From the NCBI GenBank assembly GCA_910587055.1, contig CAJUKY010000003.1, forward strand, positions 34,499 through 98,498: a stretch of DNA of 64,000 nt, given 5' to 3'. The notes below the pieces were generated by a model. That model worked only from the letters and a program-made list of their open reading frames with translations, searched no databases and had not been told where the DNA came from. Positions 26,098 to 34,068 of the stretch are shown piece after piece (within the stretch, counting starts at the first letter, position 1; each line of letters starts with the position of its first letter). Made by a program: the position numbers and the translations under genes. This DNA comes from Candidatus Gastranaerophilales bacterium. GTDB lineage: Bacteria > Cyanobacteriota > Vampirovibrionia > Gastranaerophilales > Gastranaerophilaceae.

Positions 26098-28625
26098 TTT
26101 TTAAATTTATACATTTTTTCTTTATTAAAAAATGTATAAATTTTAATATCGCCGTCTTTTTTAAATGAAAATTTTACTGCGCCATTATCTTTTGTGGAAT
26201 AAATTTTACTGCCTGAATTTTCAAGCAGTTTTATTGTTTCAATATGCGGATGCCCGTAGTGGTTCAAACCTGTTGAAATTATTGTATATTCAGGCCTTAG
26301 ATAATTGAGCATATTTTTATCAACAACGCCTTTTGCCCCATGGTGCCCTGCTTTTAAAATTTTAATATCAGAAGGAATGTTCTTTTTTACCGAATTAAAG
26401 GCTTTTATACAGCCGTCACCCATAAAAAGAACTTTGTTTCCTTTATAGTCTGCAAGTGTAATTATGGAATTTTCATTATCATCTTCCCTGCCGGTTTTCA
26501 AGTTATCAGGAACAAGGGTTTTGATTTCAAGTTCATTTTCTTTATAAATAATTTCATTATTCGCTGCAAGGGCATATTTTATCTTATTTTTATTCATATA
26601 GCTGAAAATAGAACAGGAATTAACCGTATTGCAGGTTTTTCTTTGAACAAGCACGTTATTAACTTTAATATTTTCAAGTATATCAATTGTTCCGCCCGAA
26701 TGATCACTATCAAAATGAGTTATAATTAAATATTCAAGCTCCTTTATATTTTTATCATAAAGATATTCAAGCGTTATGCGTTTTGCACCCGAAACCCCTC
26801 TATATGGCAATTTTGCCGCATCAATCATTATATATTTATTACTTGGAGTTTTAATTAAAAAATTATCAGCATTTCCGACAGAAAAAGCGGTAATTTCAAA
26901 ATCGCAGTTGAAAAACCGCCTTCCTGCACTGTATAAAATTGAACTTGTAAAAAATATGACAAAGATAAGTAAAATAATATTGTGTTTTTTCTTTTTAAAA
27001 TTATCACGTATACATTGAATAAAGGTTAAAATAATCAAATAATATGCAGTAATTTGAAAAACCTGCCCCGAGGGCATTTTTATAACCGCATCGGGAAGTT
27101 TTGAGAAAAAATTTGAAATAAAAAGCAAGGCTGTTATTAAAGGATTTAATATAAAACTTGAAATTTTTATTATAAAATCGCCAAAAAAAGGTATCCACGC
27201 CATAACAGAACTTGAAAACCCGACAAAACTAACAACACCGATAAAGGGTAAAACCGCAATATTTGCAAAAACACCGTACGGGGTAAATGTATTAAAATAG
27301 TACATCTGCAAAGGCGCAGCCCAGATTTGTGCTATTAAAGGCACAAGAACCATTGAAAGAAGAGATACAGGTGAAAAAATAAATAAAAAGCCGAGAATAA
27401 ATTTTGAACCTGTAAAATCAGGCGGAAAATGCAAAGAAACAAGTTTATAAACCCGTTTTTTGTAAATTTTGTCGGCATTTTTCATTTTAGAACACAGAGG
27501 TTCAATACATGTTATAAGCCCGCCCGTTACAAGAAACGATAGCTGAAACCCGACATCATTTAAAAGTTTGGGATTACAAATAAGCATAATAAGAGCCGTA
27601 AAGAAAACAAGGGTAATATTATCTGCTGTTTTAAACATCAATTTGCCGGCTAAAATTATGATAAGCATTATGGAGGCCCTTAATATGGAGGGCGGAAACC
27701 CTGTCATAAAGGTATAAAAAACAATAATCCCCATTCCGGCCGCAAGTCTTGCTTTATAGGAAAAATTCAAAAATCCGCTTAAAGCCCACCATATACTAAA
27801 AATCAGCGCTACATTAAGGCCTGATGCTGCAAGAAGATGTAAAAGCCCCGAATTTATGAAAGATTGTTTGATGCTGTCAGGAGGATTTACAGCATCATCC
27901 CCGAAAACAATCCCGCCCAGAACCTCTAAATTCGGGCTTTTTATATATTGCCCGTGCTTTGCAATAATTTTATCGCGCGTATTATCAAGCCCCTGTAAAA
28001 TGCACCACCACAGTTCTTTGATTTTATTTTCAGCATTGAAAATATTAGGGTGATTTAAAACTTTAAATTCTTTATTATTTGAATAAAGAATGGCAAAAAT
28101 ATCTTTATTTTGAAGATATTTTTTATAATCAAATTCGGAAGGATTTGAGGCTTCCGCAGGTTTTCTTAAATTACCTTTAATTTCAATGATATCGCCTATT
28201 TTAACATCTTTATATCTTTCTTTATCGCTTTGGATTGAAACCAGAATTTTTGTATTTGAAGGCTTAATATCATCATTAAAAATTTGTGCTTCATATACAC
28301 CGAGGGCAAATTTTGCCGTCTTTTTTTCTTTAGCAATATCTGGTATAGAATAAACTCTGCCTTTTAAAATAACATTATTTACGGAATTTATATTCGAAAG
28401 ACCGTCAAATTCTTTATAGTGCAGCTTTGCATTAAAAAACCCAAAAATAAAAACAAAATTTAAAATAATGCAGAGCAAAGGTTTTAATTTTTTACATAAA
28501 ATGAGTAATATTAAAGCCAGTGTTATAAAGCAGGCAAAAGCCACGTGACATCCCCCGTAAAAAGCACACAAACCAAATATATAAAAAACCGTAATCAGCG
28601 CTAATGCAGAAATTTTATTTTCCAT
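26094..28625 (-). CDS. comEC: DNA internalisation competence protein ComEC/Rec2 (with metallo-beta-lactamase domain)
   Basis: 843 aa polytopic protein. C-terminal ITHFDSDHSGG and AGHHG MBL motifs. Stop overlaps the helicase stop (TTAA). Confidence 0.9.
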   Translation of the reverse strand: MENKISALALITVFYIFGLCAFYGGCHVAFACFITLALILLILCKKLKPLLCIILNFVFIFGFFNAKLHYKEFDGLSNINSVNNVILKGRVYSIPDIAKEKKTAKFALGVYEAQIFNDDIKPSNTKILVSIQSDKERYKDVKIGDIIEIKGNLRKPAEASNPSEFDYKKYLQNKDIFAILYSNNKEFKVLNHPNIFNAENKIKELWWCILQGLDNTRDKIIAKHGQYIKSPNLEVLGGIVFGDDAVNPPDSIKQSFINSGLLHLLAASGLNVALIFSIWWALSGFLNFSYKARLAAGMGIIVFYTFMTGFPPSILRASIMLIIILAGKLMFKTADNITLVFFTALIMLICNPKLLNDVGFQLSFLVTGGLITCIEPLCSKMKNADKIYKKRVYKLVSLHFPPDFTGSKFILGFLFIFSPVSLLSMVLVPLIAQIWAAPLQMYYFNTFTPYGVFANIAVLPFIGVVSFVGFSSSVMAWIPFFGDFIIKISSFILNPLITALLFISNFFSKLPDAVIKMPSGQVFQITAYYLIILTFIQCIRDNFKKKKHNIILLIFVIFFTSSILYSAGRRFFNCDFEITAFSVGNADNFLIKTPSNKYIMIDAAKLPYRGVSGAKRITLEYLYDKNIKELEYLIITHFDSDHSGGTIDILENIKVNNVLVQRKTCNTVNSCSIFSYMNKNKIKYALAANNEIIYKENELEIKTLVPDNLKTGREDDNENSIITLADYKGNKVLFMGDGCIKAFNSVKKNIPSDIKILKAGHHGAKGVVDKNMLNYLRPEYTIISTGLNHYGHPHIETIKLLENSGSKIYSTKDNGAVKFSFKKDGDIKIYTFFNKEKMYKFKN

Positions 28626-28806
28626 AACAGTTTATAAACAGAATTATATTATGAAAAAATCTTTATAAATATTAAGAAATATTAACTCTGAAAATTGCTA
28701 CCGTAGAAGGGTTTGAATAAATTTTATATACTTTTTAAGCAATTTTTATAAACCAAAAATCTTTATTTAAATATAAGAGAGAAAAATATTATTGAGGAGA
28801 GAGCCT

Positions 28807-30195
28807 ATGTCAATGCCTTATGCCATTGATACGAATTATCAACCTGCTTATTTAACTGCACCAAACGGTACGGGGGGGGTAACAAACACAACACCGGCAG
28901 AAGAAGATGTTTCTATTTTAACCTCCAGCAGTGAAACCAAAACCGAAAAACTGGATGCAGATTATGCCTGTACAGACGGAAAAGAGGATGGAAGGCTTAG
29001 CACCGGTGAAAAAATCGAAAGTGTCGGCAAGGGCGTTTTGAAATCGGCCGTAAATATGATAAAGGCTCCTTTTACCGAAGCAGCTAAAGGAAACTTTTTA
29101 CCGGCAATTGTAGCAGCAGGGGGTGCTCTACTTGGCGTTGCAGCTCTGGGTGTTTTCGGCACCGGTATTGCAGCTGTAGCCTGCACTATTGGCGGGCCTA
29201 TTGCTTTTGTAGGCGGCGCAATTGGAATTGCAAAAGGTATCGGTACTATTGTAACCGGATTACAAAAAGCTGATGAAATAGCTAATTCCGGTACCGGAAC
29301 AGATGGCGAAGCAAAAGCAGCTTGTGAACAGGTAGGTTCCGGAATATTCACCACAGGACTTTCAATAGGAGCTGTTGCAGGCGGTATTAAGTCAATAAAA
29401 GGCAGGGCTAAAACTTTTGCAGAAACAAAAGGCAGTAACATGAATAAGTTGTCACAAAAAGTTGCAAGCGGCGAGAAAGTAAGTTTTAGAGAAAAAGTAA
29501 AAGCTTATACCTCAGATAGTTTAGAACCATGCAAATTTGGAAAATTAACAAATAGAAACAATAAATCTTCAACAGAAACCTCGGAACCAAAACCTTCGGA
29601 ACCAAAAATCGAACCGGAAACAAAACCTGCACAAGAAAGTGGCATTAAACAGGATGACTGGCAGTCAAGCCGTGCTGAGGTAAAAGTTGGCTCAAAGTCA
29701 AATTCAAATATTGAACCAACAAATAAAAATCTCACAATTGAGCAGGCACAAAAAGAATTAAGCAATGCTATAAAAACACAACAAGAGGGAATAAACAATA
29801 GAACTCTTACAAAAGCAGATTACAAAGCTAATCAGAAGGCCATCGAACAAGCACAAGCAAATCTTGATTATGCAAAAACACATTCAACACAACCAACACA
29901 ACCAGTTCAAGCGCAATCTCAAGTACAACAATCAACAGACAGTGTCAGCAAAATACAACAGCAAGCAAATACTCCTCTTGATAAAGCGGCAGTAAAATTG
30001 CAAAGTGAACAAGATGCCTTAACTAGGCTTATGAATAGTAAACCTGATAAGTACCTTGACCCCGAGGGTTATAACAATTGGCTTAAAGATGTTGAGAGAT
30101 GCAATGAGTTTATAATCAAAGCAAATAATAATATAACATCTTTACAGGATCAATTTTCTGACGCATATTTTGATAGTTCATTTTTTGATACATAA
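28807..30195 (+). CDS. Orphan membrane protein with glycine-zipper hydrophobic core and Pro/Glu/Lys- and Gln-rich C-terminal half
   Basis: GAGGAG SD precedes the ATG at 28807. Core AAGGALLGVAALGVFGTGIAAVACTIGGPIAFVGGAIGIAKGIGTIVTG. Also SEPKPSEPKIEPETKP. The C-terminus is predicted helical. Confidence 0.65.
   Translation: MSMPYAIDTNYQPAYLTAPNGTGGVTNTTPAEEDVSILTSSSETKTEKLDADYACTDGKEDGRLSTGEKIESVGKGVLKSAVNMIKAPFTEAAKGNFLPAIVAAGGALLGVAALGVFGTGIAAVACTIGGPIAFVGGAIGIAKGIGTIVTGLQKADEIANSGTGTDGEAKAACEQVGSGIFTTGLSIGAVAGGIKSIKGRAKTFAETKGSNMNKLSQKVASGEKVSFREKVKAYTSDSLEPCKFGKLTNRNNKSSTETSEPKPSEPKIEPETKPAQESGIKQDDWQSSRAEVKVGSKSNSNIEPTNKNLTIEQAQKELSNAIKTQQEGINNRTLTKADYKANQKAIEQAQANLDYAKTHSTQPTQPVQAQSQVQQSTDSVSKIQQQANTPLDKAAVKLQSEQDALTRLMNSKPDKYLDPEGYNNWLKDVERCNEFIIKANNNITSLQDQFSDAYFDSSFFDT
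28872..28879 (+). repeat. G8 homopolymer inside the 5' end of the 28807 CDS (codons 22-25)
   Basis: Read directly: a cggggggggt a. Encodes ...GT-GG-V.... Unusual in this AT-rich sequence. Confidence 0.9.
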
Positions 30196-30225
30196 ATTAA
30201 AATTAAACATTAAAATATTAGATTT

Positions 30226-30254
30226 AATCCCCGCAATTCCGGCGGGGATTTTAA
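30226..30254 (+). terminator. Intrinsic terminator after the 28807 gene
   Basis: aatccccgc (30226-30234) pairs with gcggggatt (30242-30250), followed by tt. Confidence 0.75.
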
Positions 30255-30300
30255 CATAAAGCAAATTGAATATTTTTAAATTATCAAAATATATTCAGAT

Positions 30301-31053
30301 TTAATATATCACCTTTACTCCGCAGCCGCCTGAAGACGAACTTAGGTTTCTTCTGTATCTGCCGTCATCATAATAGGTTTCAGAGCCTGATTGTCCGTTT
30401 GAAAATAAATTCGTAAAATTATTTGGATTGCTTGCAGCACCTGTGTAATAACCGTTTGAAGACGGATAAGATGTAAATGAATTATTATAGAAAGTATCCT
30501 GGCTGTATGTATTTACAGGCGGGGTATAACCTGTAAGAGAACCGTTATTCCTTATCGTTCTGAATAATCTTCTTATACCCTGTCTTGCATAAGGATTATT
30601 ATAGGGTCTATACGGCGTATATCTGTTATAATACGGATTGTTATAAGCATTGTAATAGTTATAATAATTTCCGTTATTATATGCAGTGTATTCAGGATAC
30701 TTGTTTGCATAGTTTTGCGTAGCGCTTGAAAGTCTTTTCAGGCGGTTGTTTTCATCTCCCGTTTGCACCGCACCGAATACGTTTGATTCAAGTCTTTGGA
30801 GCCTGTTTGTTGCATCATCGCCTACGTACGTACGGCCAAATACTTTTCTTTCAACTTTGCTTAATTGCCCGCTGTTTAGATTATAAGTTCTTTTTGCGGT
30901 AGTGCTGCCCGTGTTATAAAAAGGCACATGGTTATTATATGTTGTTTTCGGCCCGTTTAAATATTCAGGGTCTTCAAGTTTATCTATTACAATTTCAGCA
31001 TATACATTATTGCAGAAAAACAATAAAATAAAGGCAAATACAGCTCTTTTCAT
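30301..31053 (-). CDS. Secreted Asn/Tyr-rich low-complexity protein (orphan)
   Basis: Signal peptide MKRAVFAFILLFFCNNVYA. Duplicated VFG...D..NRL(Q/K)RL(E/S) motif. YNNGNYYNYYNAYNNPYYNRYTPYRPYNNPY tract. Confidence 0.65.
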   Translation of the reverse strand: MKRAVFAFILLFFCNNVYAEIVIDKLEDPEYLNGPKTTYNNHVPFYNTGSTTAKRTYNLNSGQLSKVERKVFGRTYVGDDATNRLQRLESNVFGAVQTGDENNRLKRLSSATQNYANKYPEYTAYNNGNYYNYYNAYNNPYYNRYTPYRPYNNPYARQGIRRLFRTIRNNGSLTGYTPPVNTYSQDTFYNNSFTSYPSSNGYYTGAASNPNNFTNLFSNGQSGSETYYDDGRYRRNLSSSSGGCGVKVIY

Positions 31054-31145
31054 AAAATTTTTCCCTTTTAAAGATTTATTTTCATAAAGAAATTTATCTT
31101 AAAGGTTTAAAATTTTCATTAACCAAAGCAAAGCAAATGGGGCTA

Positions 31146-32021
31146 TTATTTTAACTGTTCTAATGTAAATATTGTTTTATTAAGTTCCATTAAAAGCTCG
31201 TAATCTTTCTTTTCAATATTTTCACTTGAATAAACAGTACCTGTTAAAGGCATATATTTTGAATAAAAATTAGCCTCATATTTTAAATTCCCCTGCAACT
31301 TTGCAAGATAGGCTATATTTTGTATTAAATAAAAACTTTCGTTTTGGCTGTCGGGCGTCATTCCGTAATCTTTTTCAAGACGCCTTGCGTATAAATCAAC
31401 CGTATTAACATTTGCATTAAATCTTTGTATGTCGCAGTTATTTTCGATACAATTTTTAAAATTATTCAAAAGCGGAATCATTTTAAGGGCATCTTTTGTA
31501 AACTTTGTATCTTTTTCTTTCTTTAAAATGACATCGAGAAATAATTCATCCTCAAGCGGAGCTTTTTTTAAATTTTCTTCATCAATAAAACCGTCTTTAT
31601 ATCTGCCATCCGGGCTCATTTTTCTGCTTTTTTGCTTAAGATAGTCAAATTCTCTTTCGATATTGGGCAGAGTACCGTAATATCCGTTATCCTGATATTT
31701 TAGAATTAATTCTTCGCGTTCTTTTTTTGTAAGCCCTTTTGGCGTACTTCCTGTGGGTTTTCCTGTTTTACTCAGAATTTTATTTCCGGTTTTTTCTTTG
31801 GCGGCATCAACCTTTTCTTTTGCAGCATCTATTTTTTCCACGCTTTTATTTTTTAAATTAACAGCTTTTTGCCTTCCTTTATTTAAAAAAGTTTTAGTTG
31901 AATCTTTTATACCGGAAAAATCCGGCATATCAAGCACTATTTCTTCTTCGGCAAAAGCGGGCACCGTTAAAGCTGCCGCAAAAATTAAAATAAATATATG
32001 CTTAATGATAGTTTTTGCCAT
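31146..32021 (-). CDS. Secreted hypothetical protein (orphan)
   Basis: Signal peptide ...AAALTVPAFA/EEE. Short tandem EKIDAAKEKVDAAKEK. No recognised domain. Confidence 0.65.
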   Translation of the reverse strand: MAKTIIKHIFILIFAAALTVPAFAEEEIVLDMPDFSGIKDSTKTFLNKGRQKAVNLKNKSVEKIDAAKEKVDAAKEKTGNKILSKTGKPTGSTPKGLTKKEREELILKYQDNGYYGTLPNIEREFDYLKQKSRKMSPDGRYKDGFIDEENLKKAPLEDELFLDVILKKEKDTKFTKDALKMIPLLNNFKNCIENNCDIQRFNANVNTVDLYARRLEKDYGMTPDSQNESFYLIQNIAYLAKLQGNLKYEANFYSKYMPLTGTVYSSENIEKKDYELLMELNKTIFTLEQLK

Positions 32022-32075
32022 ACATTTATTATTATACTTTTATTATTAAAAAAGCCAAAAGAAGATTGAAGTATG

Positions 32076-32630
32076 CTAAAACCACTTTTTATTATATTTA
32101 GATTGAAGGTGTTCAAAATCGGTACTCACCCAGTCAAGTGCCGCATCTTTTGCAATTTCGGCTGTTTTTTCCATTTTTTCATTCTCTTCTTTTGTAAACT
32201 TTTGCAACACAAAATTTGCCAGATCCATATCACCTTTATAAGGTCCCACGCCTACTTTCAGCCTGTTAAAATCTTTGCTTGAAAGATGTTTTATTATCGA
32301 TTTAATGCCGTTATGTCCGCCATCTGAGCCGTCTTTTCTAAATCTTAGTGTTCCCATATCAAGACTTATATCGTCATAAATTACAAGAATATCCTGAGGC
32401 TTTAGTTTATAAAAATTTACAATTTGAATTACTGCTTCACCTGATAAATTCATATATGTAAGGGGCAAAAGAAAAATTAAATCATCCTTTTTTGCAAAAA
32501 AGGATTTAAATTTTTCACATAATCTGATATCTTTAGAATAGAGGATTTTGTTCACAACCATAAAGCCTATATTGTGTCTGGTAGAATTATATTTAGTTTC
32601 AGGGTTTCCGAGCCCTATAATAGCTTTCAT
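32076..32630 (-). CDS. pth: Peptidyl-tRNA hydrolase
   Basis: MKAIIGLGNPETKYNSTRHNIGF and GGHNGIKSI motifs. Confidence 0.95.
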   Translation of the reverse strand: MKAIIGLGNPETKYNSTRHNIGFMVVNKILYSKDIRLCEKFKSFFAKKDDLIFLLPLTYMNLSGEAVIQIVNFYKLKPQDILVIYDDISLDMGTLRFRKDGSDGGHNGIKSIIKHLSSKDFNRLKVGVGPYKGDMDLANFVLQKFTKEENEKMEKTAEIAKDAALDWVSTDFEHLQSKYNKKWF

Positions 32631-32729
32631 AGGCTAATACCTCTTTCGTTAGTATTTGTAGTTTGAAATTAATTAATCTTATATTTAGTTAAACAAGGTA
32701 TTTTAAAAAAGTTTAATAAAAGTTAAATA

Positions 32730-33350
32730 ATGCGTATTACTATGTATGATAACATAAAATCAGGAGCAAAAGCTATGCAGGATAAAAAAACAGACAAAAA
32801 AAACGAACAAAAAAGTTCAAAAAAAGTATTTGACTTTTTAGAAAAAAACAAAATTCATAAAAAAGACTTCGCGCAAATGATTGGCGTAACTCTTTCTTAT
32901 GTATACAATCTTATTGATGAGACCATTCCTTTTTCAACCAGAACAACAACTCTGGAAAGAATTGCAACGGTTATGGATATAATGCCTGAAGAATTTGATG
33001 AGTACGTGATTTCATCAGATCCTGTGCCGTATAATAAAAATCTTGAAACCATAAAAGAACACATGAAAAAAAATAAACTTTCAACGGTTGAATTTTTGAA
33101 AAAATTTGAAAGAAAGAAAAGACTTGCACTTGTTGATATCTTAAGAGGTGCAAAACCTTTATACATCGACTTTTCAGAATTTCAAAAAATCGGAGAAATT
33201 TTAAATATTAAAGATGCCGATTTATTTGAATTATGGAAAAATATATTTATTGAGCATCTGGAAGACAGCGGCTTTGACACTTCATGCAATAAAGAATTTT
33301 TAGATGCCATGTTTGCCGGTGCCAAAAAATACGCAGTATCCAAAAAATAG
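32730..33350 (+). CDS. HTH-domain protein (XRE-like), 206 aa
   Basis: KKDFAQMIGVTLSYVYNLIDE helix-turn-helix-like segment. The rest is unassigned. Confidence 0.55.
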   Translation: MRITMYDNIKSGAKAMQDKKTDKKNEQKSSKKVFDFLEKNKIHKKDFAQMIGVTLSYVYNLIDETIPFSTRTTTLERIATVMDIMPEEFDEYVISSDPVPYNKNLETIKEHMKKNKLSTVEFLKKFERKKRLALVDILRGAKPLYIDFSEFQKIGEILNIKDADLFELWKNIFIEHLEDSGFDTSCNKEFLDAMFAGAKKYAVSKK

Positions 33351-33453
33351 CGCTGAAAATTAGTTCGAATGTAATATTTCTTAATGCGTATATTTCTTTT
33401 TCTTGAAATGCAGCCTTGTTTTTATTACTATTGTAGAGAATAATTTATAAACG

Positions 33454-34059
33454 GTGATAAATCCAACTATGAAAAGCTCTACTCTCCACAGATCAAATTT
33501 AACGAAAGAAAGAATGTCTATGCTTGAAAATGTTAAGTTTCAAGCAACAAAGAGAGTGTCTTCAGATGCTAATCAATTTTTAAGAACAAGTAAAAACCCT
33601 GAACTTGATGTTTTATACAGAAGCTTTATGAAAAACGTCACAGCGGGTTCAGGTTCCTCGGGAAATGTTTCAAATACGGGAAAAATTAAGATAAAAGTAA
33701 AAGCTAAAACCGACGGAGTATATTTAAGCATCGGCATTATAGGCGGTCTTATTTTTCTTATAATTGTAAGCCTGATTGTATGGGTTTCATCAATGCCTGC
33801 CAAAAAAGAAGATATCCCTGAACCCCCTAAAAAAGCTGCGGGGCTTGAAGTGGTATCTGAGGCAAAAGAAATTACGGAAACAGGCAGCAGAGAACAATAT
33901 ACAATAAAGAGCGGGGATACTCTGAATAAAATTGCATACAGATTTTACGGAAAATATGACACAAAAAAAATCGAAGAAATAAAGAAGATTAACAACATTC
34001 AAAGCCCTGAAAGCCTGCAGATAGGGCGGGTTTTGATTATTCCCGTGGATAAACAGTAA
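33454..34059 (+). CDS. Single-pass membrane protein with C-terminal LysM domain
   Basis: TM GIIGGLIFLIIVSLIVWV. LysM block YTIKSGDTLNKIAYRFYG...LQIGRVLIIP. Start uncertain (GTG at 33454 or ATG at 33469). Confidence 0.8.
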   Translation: MINPTMKSSTLHRSNLTKERMSMLENVKFQATKRVSSDANQFLRTSKNPELDVLYRSFMKNVTAGSGSSGNVSNTGKIKIKVKAKTDGVYLSIGIIGGLIFLIIVSLIVWVSSMPAKKEDIPEPPKKAAGLEVVSEAKEITETGSREQYTIKSGDTLNKIAYRFYGKYDTKKIEEIKKINNIQSPESLQIGRVLIIPVDKQ

Positions 34060-34068
34060 ATAAAACGA

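Noticed and set aside
28962-29441. 159-aa minus-strand ORF antisense to the glycine-zipper gene.
   Set aside because: It is a mirror image of a Gly/Ala-rich coding stretch (GCN/GGN read in reverse gives Ala/Pro-rich ORFs). The plus-strand frame has an SD, a long ORF and a terminator.
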